Positions 27,010 to 36,508 of a DNA stretch of 64,000 nt are shown here, in pieces. Under the pieces are notes generated by a model, which saw only the letters and a list, made by a program, of their open reading frames with translations, had not been told where the DNA came from and did no database searches. Source of the stretch: a virus; IMG/VR virus record IMGVR_UViG_3300050821_001343, positions 1 through 64,000 of that record. One strand, written 5' to 3'. The translations under genes were made by a program, and so were the position numbers. Numbering within the stretch: position 1 is the first letter of the stretch; every line of letters starts with the position of its first letter.

Positions 27010-27297
27010 ATGGATCACGAGAACGAGCAGTTAGAAGTGGTACAAAAACAGAACCGGATTCTGCGCGGGGCACTTTCAGCTACGCGCAAAATCAACCAAA
27101 TCACAAAACAATATAACGATGCAATCTTTGAGGAACTGTGCAACACCGAGGCAGACCATGGAGCAACGTTAGCTATGGAACAACTTTGGGCGCTTGGGGA
27201 TTTAGGAAAGCATGTCTGCGGTCCAAAGGACTATGATCGTATAGTCGAAATCTATCTGGCAGCGCTACGAGTAGCGTTAAAGACTGAGCAGAAGTAG
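27010..27297 (+). CDS. hypothetical protein
   Basis: GGAGGG RBS. Confidence 0.7.
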   Translation: MDHENEQLEVVQKQNRILRGALSATRKINQITKQYNDAIFEELCNTEADHGATLAMEQLWALGDLGKHVCGPKDYDRIVEIYLAALRVALKTEQK

Positions 27298-27315
27298 ATA
27301 AGACCCCGGATACCA

Positions 27316-27482
27316 TAGCAGCAAAGTTGGGCAAGAAGAACTTGGTTCGTCACCAAGCGGACCCGCGAAGTCATGCGCGGCATGGGCTGTATACCATGCT
27401 TCCTACGCCTCGATACAGCAAGTGCAGATGGCATTGCTCAACGATGACGAATTGCAGCCTACGGGCTGCACTTTTTTTGCTA
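27316..27482 (+). ncRNA. putative double-pseudoknot structured RNA with terminator
   Basis: nested helices, two 7-nt loop complements, and TGCAGCC-TACG-GGCTGCA followed by a T7 tract. Confidence 0.55.
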
Positions 27483-27645
27483 ATAGGGATTCCTAAGTGG
27501 GTGGATTACCCACGACCGATGATCTATCAGCTACATCTTTTCCCGTCAGGTGTGTACAGCCGGGTGAAAAGACCTTCCCTTACGGAGAGTTATAGACTTC
27601 CCCTAGACGAAGGACATGTTATTAGATGCTTTGAGGAGGGCATTT

Positions 27646-27846
27646 ATGGAAATATTAGGATATAAGATTTCCCCTTACAAACAGTTACATCCTAATATAT
27701 GGGGTATCGGATTTTATGTGTTAGAACTTTCGACAGTTACGAGCGTTGCAACAGGACTTACATACCAAGGATGCAGGTATATTACTTTTAGAATTGGCAA
27801 TAAAGGTTGGTCAATCGAAAAATTGATTACAAAAGAGGCAATCTAA
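27646..27846 (+). CDS. small hypothetical protein
   Basis: GAGGAGG RBS. Confidence 0.55.
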   Translation: MEILGYKISPYKQLHPNIWGIGFYVLELSTVTSVATGLTYQGCRYITFRIGNKGWSIEKLITKEAI

Positions 27847-28505
27847 TGACACAACCAACCGTGCAGGAGATACAAGCAACTCAAGGAACGCGCCTGAGTG
27901 AGACAGCGCCATGGGAAAGCTACGATTCAGAACTATCGGGACCTAAAATGTCCTCGGAGCTAGCGAGTCAGGTAGCGGCCTATTCGGAACAGCGTTATAA
28001 AGATGCTCCACAATCTTCTGAGTCTCAGGAAGTTCTCGCAGAGAACCGCGAGATTAACGAAGAGATTGCAAAACAGTATCAGTGGCTTGATCCGAAGGAT
28101 TACGCGGATGTGGAAGCACGAGTCGGACGAGTGATGTCCCATGCGGACTTTATCACTAAGCTGAGACAACTTGGTGTGACTTGTTTCTATAAGCAACACC
28201 CACACCAAGACAAACTAACATTGCTATATTTACCGAAGAATGGAAAAGAGTTAGAAGTCGCATGTTGGGCGCAGTTCGGGCAGATGCCTGAATTATCCAT
28301 CATGAACTTTGATGCTTACGGCGCACCGCTCGCGGAAAGACGCCGTGGGTGGAGAACATGTTTGCTTCAAATCATTCTGAAAGGAATTATTACAGAGGAA
28401 AAAGCAAACGAAGTATTCGGCAAGCCGGGACAGACCAAGGCATTTGACCGATACAACTCACTGCTACAGGCATTCAGAAATGCTGGCAGCAGTCTAGGCG
28501 AATAG
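27846..28505 (+). CDS. hypothetical protein
   Basis: GAGG RBS; RRRGWRT.LL motif. Confidence 0.75.
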   Translation: MTQPTVQEIQATQGTRLSETAPWESYDSELSGPKMSSELASQVAAYSEQRYKDAPQSSESQEVLAENREINEEIAKQYQWLDPKDYADVEARVGRVMSHADFITKLRQLGVTCFYKQHPHQDKLTLLYLPKNGKELEVACWAQFGQMPELSIMNFDAYGAPLAERRRGWRTCLLQIILKGIITEEKANEVFGKPGQTKAFDRYNSLLQAFRNAGSSLGE

Positions 28506-28516
28506 GAGAGGAGACT

Positions 28517-29137
28517 ATGAGTAATCTAGGAGATATTGTGCAGGGTAGCGTAACGGCCCCCTCGCTAACAGGTGTTGAGAATCTCGGCGGAGCACCGGCC
28601 AAGAACAGCAAGAAAGAAATTGAAGCACTTGATTTGGAAGCGAAGCAGCTTGAAGTTGCATCCAAGAAGCTTGAGATTCTAGAGAAGCAGGCGAATCTAC
28701 AGGACCTACAGGAGCGCCTTGCAGAGCGTGAGTTGAAGCGCGAGAACAAGCGTCAGAGAAGTCTAACTAACGGTCAGACGTTGAAGCAGCTTGCTACAAA
28801 CGATGCTGCCGCACAGAAGCGTTGTAACCATCGTAAAGGTGGTAACGGTGCTCACGGTGTTGTAGGCGGACAGGGCGATGATTCTCAGTACGCAGTGCTC
28901 AAACACACATTTGCTAATGGAGATATGTGGGTTCGTTGCCTACGTTGTGGAAAGACATGGAAGCCGCCTATTCAGGAGTCGTTCAAGACTGAAGCCGAGT
29001 TTTTGGCCGCAGTTGTCGTTTACGAAACTGCTGTCAACTTCCAGACTCGTAACGTTGCGTCAGGTTCGTGTCAGTTCCGGTTCTCGGACGGCGGAAAGTA
29101 TTACCGCGAAGTCACCGCAAACTCAACCCTTCGCTAA
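28517..29137 (+). CDS. coiled-coil plus Zn-finger protein
   Basis: long heptad region; CNH...CLRC. Confidence 0.75.
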   Translation: MSNLGDIVQGSVTAPSLTGVENLGGAPAKNSKKEIEALDLEAKQLEVASKKLEILEKQANLQDLQERLAERELKRENKRQRSLTNGQTLKQLATNDAAAQKRCNHRKGGNGAHGVVGGQGDDSQYAVLKHTFANGDMWVRCLRCGKTWKPPIQESFKTEAEFLAAVVVYETAVNFQTRNVASGSCQFRFSDGGKYYREVTANSTLR

Positions 29138-29149
29138 ACAGGAGCTACA

Positions 29150-30508
29150 ATGGCCGCACAAGTTGTTCAAATTCCATTTACAACTCCCAACGCTGGTAAC
29201 TTTACGTTGCCTCAATCGTTGGGAGTGGTTCCCGGATCAGTAATTTTCGAGATGACTAGCGGCGGTGCTGTTTATTTTCAGCCTGCAAGGTTCGATGCAA
29301 ACAATTTGTACCTAGTAGCATCTGCTGCTGGACTTACAGGTTACGCAATTGTATTTGCAGCATCAAGTCCTTCCTTTCTTATCCCCGGACAAGCCAACTC
29401 AACAATTCAATTGCAAGAAGTTGTGGACGATGCTTCGACACTCGGTGATGTAGCCCCTGCACTTTCTACAGGCGGGTCCTCGCGTGACCCTGCCCTTTCC
29501 ATTGCAAACGACGTGATGCAGGCAATGATTAACGGAGGACCCGGAGGACAGCCTTACAACTGGAAATGGAATCGCTACAATCTTCCGGTGTTTTATACCA
29601 ACAGTTTGCAGCAAGACTATTTCATTCCTAATCTTGTGAACATCGGATGGCTTGAAAGCGGGTGGGCTGTAGACATCAATCAAACATCAATACCGAAACA
29701 ATCCTATCCTGTTGAGATAGATAAAGACTTGCTGGTAATGAACAACCAAAGCGGATACATTGGTAAAGCCGCATGGCTACCTAACAGTGTACTCAACACA
29801 GGCACGTGGGGAGCACAACCTCTTGGACCTACAGCGGGTAATCCGTCTGGGCAAACGACTCTGCCGGGACCAAATCTAACCGGACAGCAAAATCCCGGAC
29901 CAAACGTATTGTATACGAATCCACTTGGACAGCTTGTTACACCGTACAACGCAACAACCGCGATCAAAGACCCGAATGGTAACCTGTGGTGTTTGACAAC
30001 TTACGGCGTGTGCGGGGCTACACAACCAACATGGCCTACAAGTCCAGTTTATCCCACACTCCGCAACCCGAACTTGATTGCAACCACGGTAACAGATGGC
30101 ACATGTGTATGGACCGCCATTAACCCTTATGGACAGGGCATCAGGTTGAGTCCTATGCCGCCGCAGAGCGGTATCATTTGGGCGATTCAGTTAGTCGGTC
30201 AGATGGTTGCCCCTCGTTTCTTCAGGCTCTCGCAATACTTGAACCCTCTTCCTGATACAATGGAATGGGCGTTCAAACAAGGCTTCTTCGCGGAATGCTA
30301 TCGGAGAAATGCCGATCCAAAGATCAGAGCACGGTATAAGGAAGAACGGCAGAACTGGCTGGAAGCTTTGGACAAAGCGGTACGGCAATATGACCGCGAG
30401 AAAGATGACTTCGGCTTCTACCCCGGCAGTCCGGGAGTCATGGATACTGGATGGGGCTTCAACATGGTGACACCTTCGATGCCTTATGGACCGTGGGTAG
30501 GCTGGTAA
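29150..30508 (+). CDS. virion head-tail adaptor-like protein
   Basis: AN..MQ...P.NW.WNR motif; paralog of the next gene. Confidence 0.6.
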   Translation: MAAQVVQIPFTTPNAGNFTLPQSLGVVPGSVIFEMTSGGAVYFQPARFDANNLYLVASAAGLTGYAIVFAASSPSFLIPGQANSTIQLQEVVDDASTLGDVAPALSTGGSSRDPALSIANDVMQAMINGGPGGQPYNWKWNRYNLPVFYTNSLQQDYFIPNLVNIGWLESGWAVDINQTSIPKQSYPVEIDKDLLVMNNQSGYIGKAAWLPNSVLNTGTWGAQPLGPTAGNPSGQTTLPGPNLTGQQNPGPNVLYTNPLGQLVTPYNATTAIKDPNGNLWCLTTYGVCGATQPTWPTSPVYPTLRNPNLIATTVTDGTCVWTAINPYGQGIRLSPMPPQSGIIWAIQLVGQMVAPRFFRLSQYLNPLPDTMEWAFKQGFFAECYRRNADPKIRARYKEERQNWLEALDKAVRQYDREKDDFGFYPGSPGVMDTGWGFNMVTPSMPYGPWVGW

Positions 30509-30581
30509 CAATTCAAGTGACACCTATACGGCAGTGCTGGCACCAAAGCCGCGCTGCCGTTTTTCTTTGCATGGAGACAGA

Positions 30582-31508
30582 ATGCCATCAAGTTCTATTC
30601 AACTTTTACAAACCATTGAGTGGGCAAAGAGGTTTATATTTCAACGCCGCACGAACTTTGGCAACTTCAATGAGCCTGCCATTAGCAGCGCCAATACAAT
30701 TCTCCAGACCATACTGGGACCGCCGTTTGCATGGCCGTGGAACAGGGCTGTCACTGGTTTCATTACTACTCCCGGAATACAGGATTACACGATTTTCAAC
30801 TGGCAAGCCACTACGAATGTTTCTCTTGGATATGTACTGGTAGACTCGAATGGGAACAGTCAGTCAGTGACAACAGCCGGTACAACAGGAGCATCCCTTC
30901 CAACGTGGAATGCAACTACAAGCGGGACGACTGCTGATGGATCAGCCGTGTGGACTAACCTTGGTCCTATAGGTCTATCTAATGGCTCTACTACTTACAA
31001 CTTCTCGTGGATTGAAACGGCTTCACTGAATGCACCACAGGTTAACGGTAATGGGACAGTTTGGAAAGAGATTTCAAACAAGAATATGCTTGCTGTAGAA
31101 TCGAATACAGATCGTCCACACAGCATCTCCCCACAATTCACGGATGTGAACGGAAACATTACTTTCCGCTTGATGCCCTGTCCTGATAAAGCATATCCTG
31201 TATCTATCACGATGCAGCAAAAGGCTCCCTTGTTCACAGAAATTAGCCAAGAATGGGCACCAGTTCCAGACTATTTTAGTCATGTATACAACTGGGGATT
31301 CTTGAGTTTGATGTTCATGTTTGCTGATGACCCCGGTAGAGCGCAGTTCGCTAATCAGAAGTTTGTAGCACATCTTCTAAGTTCCGCTCATGGACTAACA
31401 GACACCGAACGCAACATTTGGCTCAACAACTGGCAGGCGGTATCAGGACAACAAGTAATCCTCGCAACGAACATTCAACAAGGATTCCAAGGCAGAACAG
31501 CGTTATAA
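30582..31508 (+). CDS. virion head-tail adaptor-like protein
   Basis: AN..LQ...PFAWPWNR; FRL.PCPDKAY.V; GGAG RBS. Confidence 0.6.
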   Translation: MPSSSIQLLQTIEWAKRFIFQRRTNFGNFNEPAISSANTILQTILGPPFAWPWNRAVTGFITTPGIQDYTIFNWQATTNVSLGYVLVDSNGNSQSVTTAGTTGASLPTWNATTSGTTADGSAVWTNLGPIGLSNGSTTYNFSWIETASLNAPQVNGNGTVWKEISNKNMLAVESNTDRPHSISPQFTDVNGNITFRLMPCPDKAYPVSITMQQKAPLFTEISQEWAPVPDYFSHVYNWGFLSLMFMFADDPGRAQFANQKFVAHLLSSAHGLTDTERNIWLNNWQAVSGQQVILATNIQQGFQGRTAL

Positions 31509-31520
31509 GCGGAGCAATAA

Positions 31521-32414
31521 ATGGCAATTTCACATGTTAGCACAGCTTCCGCAGGAACCGGCACATCGACGTTTGCCAATAATCAAACGGGAAATGCCTT
31601 GTTTGCTGCGTTCATAGCCTATGGGGGCAGTTCTCCTTATACGTTTCCATCGACTATGACGGACACGGCTGGTAACTTATACAATTTGCTCTACGACGGC
31701 ACTGATGTCACATTTACACAATTCACTACATGGGCTATATATTGCTGCCCCTCTTGTATTGGTACTACAACTTTAGTTCAAACAACGTATGTGAATCCTG
31801 ACGGAAGTCCTGTTGCAAATGGGACTCTTTTGATCCGCTTGAACCGGGACGGAATCACATCAGATAAACAGATTCAATCTAACTTCATCAGAATCCCATT
31901 GGATTCTCAAGGTCGTGTTACGGGAAGTCCTGTTTTGCCTTTGACCTCAGCAATTACTCCTTCGGGAACCTATTACATAGGGAAGGTATACAACTCGACC
32001 GGACAACTTGTAGGTATACCATTTATAGTTCCTGTTCAAAACGCATCTTCTAACTCGTTTACAACTCCTACTTCGGGAAGTGTAGCTACACGTAGCATGG
32101 GAGCAGAATTTTCTGGTTTTAACGGAGTAGTCACGTTGGATCAGGGAGTAGGTCCATCAGAAGATGTGACCCTTGGTTATATACAAGTCCCTCCGGCATC
32201 GGGAGGACCTCTTATAACTATAGGTGATTTTGCATTAGGCATGGCGTTGAACGTTTCTGGGGTGTGTAATGCCGCAGCAGGGGCTAATGCTCTTTATACC
32301 GGAGGAGACACTATTCTTCAATGGGCTATTGCAAACGCCACGACCTATAGGCAGAATTTTTCCTTTACAGGTGGGGTATCACAAAGCGCCTTGGTAGCAG
32401 CATTTTTCGCATAA
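31521..32414 (+). CDS. virion/tail accessory protein
   Basis: beta-rich; internal module homologous to 36158-36508. Confidence 0.65.
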   Translation: MAISHVSTASAGTGTSTFANNQTGNALFAAFIAYGGSSPYTFPSTMTDTAGNLYNLLYDGTDVTFTQFTTWAIYCCPSCIGTTTLVQTTYVNPDGSPVANGTLLIRLNRDGITSDKQIQSNFIRIPLDSQGRVTGSPVLPLTSAITPSGTYYIGKVYNSTGQLVGIPFIVPVQNASSNSFTTPTSGSVATRSMGAEFSGFNGVVTLDQGVGPSEDVTLGYIQVPPASGGPLITIGDFALGMALNVSGVCNAAAGANALYTGGDTILQWAIANATTYRQNFSFTGGVSQSALVAAFFA

Positions 32415-32421
32415 GGATGAC

Positions 32422-34335
32422 ATGAATCTCAAGAAAATACTATCATTTATAGCATTGGCATTGGTTTCGGTCATGCCTATTGTAGCGCAGCAACCTCAAT
32501 CTCAAGTTGACCCTCCCTTTCAAGTCAACGCTATCCTAACAAACGGAGTAGCGCCGGGATACGCGCCTCTGCCGGGAACCGGACTGAATGTAAACATTGG
32601 ACCCGGCACAGCCAATAACGCTGGTACAATTGAATTCTATGCTGGTGGCACTCTAGCCCTTACTGCGAGCGTTACAAACTACATCTATCTGGACGGTACG
32701 ACGTACCTTCCTTCAGTAAAAACAAGCGCATTTTCGGCATCAGACATTGCAATCGCAGAAGTTTTAACAAGCGGATCGGGCATATTGTTTACGTGTAACA
32801 CGAACGGTACTACATCACCATCAGGAACATTGCCTTGCATCGTTGATGTCAGAACGATGTTCTTCAAAGCTAGCGCTGGTGCTGGTATCACCTTGACCAC
32901 GAGCGGCACGAGTGGTCCTGCATCATTAAGCGGCACAGTTTTGAACATCCCGAATTACACGTATACTTTACCATCCACTGTAGTACAAACGAATCAAGCG
33001 AATACATACGGCAACTTCTTGCAAGACTTCTCAGGCGCAACGATGAAAGTTCCATCGGGCTTGAGTGGATGTCTAAGCGCATCTACGGGAACATTAAGCG
33101 GAAGTGGTTTTGCTTGTGGTTCGACGGGTGTGGTTTCTTTTAACACTCGTACTGGGGCAGTTGTTCTTAGTGCAGCCGATGTGAACTCAGTCGGAACAAT
33201 TTCTAATCCAACTACCGGCAATTCACAGACAGCTACCGATTTGGCGTCTTATCCAAGTCCGTGTGCTGGTAGTCAGTTTTCGCAAGGGCTATCATCAGGA
33301 AGCAACAATTGCGCGACTCCAGCGGGCAGCGGTACCGTTAGTCCCGGCTCAGGATATGCAATTCCGGCCTACCCAAGCGGATCATCAAGCACCATAGGAC
33401 CATCGAATATCAAAACAGACGCTTCCGGGAATGATTTAAGTGTTCCGGGTAACGTAGCGGTAGGTGCCAGTCCTCCCACTCTCGCAGGGCAGTTTAACCT
33501 TGAGACACAAGGGGTAACTCCAACCCCAACTGCTAGTCAGTTTAGTTGCAGCGATGTTACTAACGTGGTGGAGTGTACGAACAACGGCGCAGCAGTCTTT
33601 AATTCGTTGATAGGAGCAGCGGCAGATGGAGTAACACTCGTACAAACCGGAGCCACTCTTGCATGTGCCAGTGCTACCACATCTAATCATGGGTGCGTAG
33701 AACCGGATGGTAACTCAGCACATTTTTATCGAGGAGACGGAACCTTTGCTACACCAGCGGGGGGCGGTAATTACGTTAACCTCTGCACAGCAGTGACGCT
33801 TGCGAATGCTACTTGTGTTAATGGGCAGATTGTGCCAAGTGCTAGTGTTACAAATTTCACTATCAGCGTTATACCTCAAACTTATCTCAATTTGATTTTC
33901 GATTGTGACTTGCGTAGCACTGATACAACGACGGGCAACTTTTCGGACTCTGCTACGACTTTCAACAGCATCACTGCCTATAGCTATTTGTCCTCTCAGG
34001 CCAACAACGCTAGTGTTTCTATTGCTCCACAGGGATTCAACGTTTCTGCTATGCAACTCTGGGACGTGGCAAACGCGAACGTTACTACTGCTTATTCTGG
34101 CGGCGGTGAGATGACCATCCAGAACTATGCAGGTACAACATTCAACAAACACGGATGGTTTACCAATGGTCTTGTGGAACCGGCTGCTTCGGGAAATCCC
34201 GCAGCAGGCACGACTTTCATATATCGTGGGGATTTCTGGTCGATGTCCACAGCAGCCATTGCGTCCATCAAAGAGGCTCTAAATCACGGTAATTACGCAA
34301 CCGGGTCAACCTGTACTCTTTACGGAACAAACTAG
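32422..34335 (+). CDS. tail-fibre-like protein with Sec signal peptide
   Basis: MNLKKILSFIALALVSVMPIVA-QQ; VSFNTRTGAVVL and FYRGDGTFA fibre motifs; 14 Cys. Confidence 0.75.
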   Translation: MNLKKILSFIALALVSVMPIVAQQPQSQVDPPFQVNAILTNGVAPGYAPLPGTGLNVNIGPGTANNAGTIEFYAGGTLALTASVTNYIYLDGTTYLPSVKTSAFSASDIAIAEVLTSGSGILFTCNTNGTTSPSGTLPCIVDVRTMFFKASAGAGITLTTSGTSGPASLSGTVLNIPNYTYTLPSTVVQTNQANTYGNFLQDFSGATMKVPSGLSGCLSASTGTLSGSGFACGSTGVVSFNTRTGAVVLSAADVNSVGTISNPTTGNSQTATDLASYPSPCAGSQFSQGLSSGSNNCATPAGSGTVSPGSGYAIPAYPSGSSSTIGPSNIKTDASGNDLSVPGNVAVGASPPTLAGQFNLETQGVTPTPTASQFSCSDVTNVVECTNNGAAVFNSLIGAAADGVTLVQTGATLACASATTSNHGCVEPDGNSAHFYRGDGTFATPAGGGNYVNLCTAVTLANATCVNGQIVPSASVTNFTISVIPQTYLNLIFDCDLRSTDTTTGNFSDSATTFNSITAYSYLSSQANNASVSIAPQGFNVSAMQLWDVANANVTTAYSGGGEMTIQNYAGTTFNKHGWFTNGLVEPAASGNPAAGTTFIYRGDFWSMSTAAIASIKEALNHGNYATGSTCTLYGTN

Positions 34336-34343
34336 GACACATA

Positions 34344-35849
34344 ATGAAGAATCTGATTAAGCTGTTTGCCAGTTATCTAATGCTTGTACCTATGCTATTA
34401 ATGGCTCAGACCAATATAGGCAATGGGGTAACAATAGGTACTGGCGTATCAGAGGGTAGTAGTATCACGGTTGGTTCGAATTCCATAGGACTGACCGATG
34501 GGAACTTCAACCTATCGTTTAATGATCCCGGAAACGTCTTGGAGGGTATGCGGTTTGTGTACTCCCAATTTACGCAGCAAGCCCCTATCACGAATGGCTC
34601 TGCTGACGGATGCAGTGTTGTATACAATAACAAGATTTACATGGTGGGAGGGTATGGAGCAAGTGCTTCAACCCCTTTGAACTATGTACAAATCTTTGAT
34701 CCTCTCGCAAACAGTTGGTCACAGGGAGCAGTTATTCCCACTGCCGAATGGGGGGCAGCTTGTTCTCTATACAACGGTAATATTTACGTTTTTGGCGGAG
34801 TCAATAGCAGCGCCGAAACTCCCACCAACAATGCATATGTGTACAGTATTGCAGGGAACTCATGGTCTACACTGACCGTAATGCCGTCCAGTATTTCAGA
34901 CGGCATCATGGCTGTAACCGTTGGGAACTTCATTTACATTTTGTATGAATCAACATTCTGGCAATTTGATCCGTCAGGAAGCGGGGGACTAGGTTCGTAC
35001 AGCACACTTACTGCCCCTCCCAGTGCAGCGCGTGTGCAGTGGGCCGCGACTGGATACATCAATGTGAGCGGAGATGACCGTATTTATGTCATTGGGGGCA
35101 GCACTTCTGGCGGATCAGGATACGGAAACGGAAACTACTACTACAGTGTAACTAACTCAACATGGAGTTCTGCTCAAGCTGCGGGACCGTATAGCGCACA
35201 CGGACAACTTCAACAGGCCATCCTTAATGGCACCCTTTACTATGTAGGTGGCTACGATACGTCAGTTTTCTATCCTACCCTGTACGCTTATACTGCTTCA
35301 ACGAACTCATGGTCTAGCCAATTGGCTGAGTTAAGTCAATGGCGAGATGGTGTGGTAGGAGGGTTCATTGGTAGCGAGTTGTATGTGATTGGGGGACGTA
35401 ACGCTAACTCACCAAATGTATTCGGAATGACCGAGAATGAATACTTTGCTGTTGGGTCAACTCCGATTACATCGACATTTACTAAGATTCAACTTCACTA
35501 CACAGGTAGCCCCTCTGGTACGGTTCGTCTGGGAATTTATTCAGACTCCGCTGGATCACCCGGTTCTTTGATCCTTGATGCCGGAACAGTGGCTATGGTC
35601 AACGGATGGGCCGTGATTACCGGACTCAGTGTATCTTCGCTAGTCCTCGGCACACACTATTGGTTAGTCTTCCTGCAAAATGCATCGGCTTCGGTATCAT
35701 ATACGGCTGGTGCTCCGACTGGATCAGCGAGCGGTGCTCATTGTAGCAATAATACTGTGACTTATGGAGCACTGCCATCCACTTTCCCAAGTGGCGGTAT
35801 ATCCTGCCAAGTTGGTAGTATGTACGCGGAGAGGCTCACAGTTAACTAG
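34344..35849 (+). CDS. Kelch beta-propeller protein with signal peptide
   Basis: repeated IY.vGG...Y....NSW blades; MKNLIKLFASYLMLVPMLLMA-Q. Confidence 0.85.
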   Translation: MKNLIKLFASYLMLVPMLLMAQTNIGNGVTIGTGVSEGSSITVGSNSIGLTDGNFNLSFNDPGNVLEGMRFVYSQFTQQAPITNGSADGCSVVYNNKIYMVGGYGASASTPLNYVQIFDPLANSWSQGAVIPTAEWGAACSLYNGNIYVFGGVNSSAETPTNNAYVYSIAGNSWSTLTVMPSSISDGIMAVTVGNFIYILYESTFWQFDPSGSGGLGSYSTLTAPPSAARVQWAATGYINVSGDDRIYVIGGSTSGGSGYGNGNYYYSVTNSTWSSAQAAGPYSAHGQLQQAILNGTLYYVGGYDTSVFYPTLYAYTASTNSWSSQLAELSQWRDGVVGGFIGSELYVIGGRNANSPNVFGMTENEYFAVGSTPITSTFTKIQLHYTGSPSGTVRLGIYSDSAGSPGSLILDAGTVAMVNGWAVITGLSVSSLVLGTHYWLVFLQNASASVSYTAGAPTGSASGAHCSNNTVTYGALPSTFPSGGISCQVGSMYAERLTVN

Positions 35850-35857
35850 GAGAATAC

Positions 35858-36154
35858 ATGAACTGGCAATGGCTTAAATCAATTTGGAGCGAGCCAAATG
35901 GTAACGGATCGTCTACACGAATCCATATGACTGTCTTGATTGCATTCATAATCGGAGTAGGGATTTCGTTTGGCGTTGCGACCCATCAGAAACGCTTTTC
36001 TATCGAACAGTTCGATAACTTTCTGAACGCAGGAGCAACTTTTATCGTGACCACGTGCGGTCCTCTTTATGCGGCCAATAAGGTAGCGGATTGGGGCAAG
36101 AACCACGACAATCAACCAAACCAACCAAACCAACCAAACCAACCCGGAGCCTAG
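35858..36154 (+). CDS. holin-like membrane protein
   Basis: two TM segments; SE.NG.GSSTR motif; NQP repeat tail. Confidence 0.6.
   Translation: MNWQWLKSIWSEPNGNGSSTRIHMTVLIAFIIGVGISFGVATHQKRFSIEQFDNFLNAGATFIVTTCGPLYAANKVADWGKNHDNQPNQPNQPNQPGA
36110..36145 (+). repeat. 9-bp tandem repeat (AACCAACCA x4, encodes NQP)
   Basis: read directly from the sequence. Confidence 0.9.
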
Positions 36155-36157
36155 AAT

Positions 36158-36508
36158 ATGTCAACAGTAAATCAGATCGTAAATGGGGCGTTTCAAGACC
36201 CCGAAGGCAACCCTCTTGCGAATGGTTTTTTACTGTTTGAGTTAAGTCAAGACGGTGTTGTAAACACAAGCACTCGGGTATGCGCGGGGCATACCATACG
36301 TGTCCCGCTTAACTCAAGCGGAGATGTTCCATCATCGCCTATTTATAGCCTGTGGCCGAACACGGTGATAACACCTTCGACTACATTCTATACTCTGTCT
36401 GCGTACTCGTCTACGGGACAACTTGTTTGGGGGCCGAATCCAGTTTCAATCACAGCATCCCCAAGTCCTCTTGATTTGGGCACCCTAATACCGGGAGATA
36501 TTAACTAA
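36158..36508 (+). CDS. tail accessory/adaptor module protein
   Basis: F.DPEGNPLANG.L.FEL..DG...LWPN..ITP..T.Y. Confidence 0.65.
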   Translation: MSTVNQIVNGAFQDPEGNPLANGFLLFELSQDGVVNTSTRVCAGHTIRVPLNSSGDVPSSPIYSLWPNTVITPSTTFYTLSAYSSTGQLVWGPNPVSITASPSPLDLGTLIPGDIN

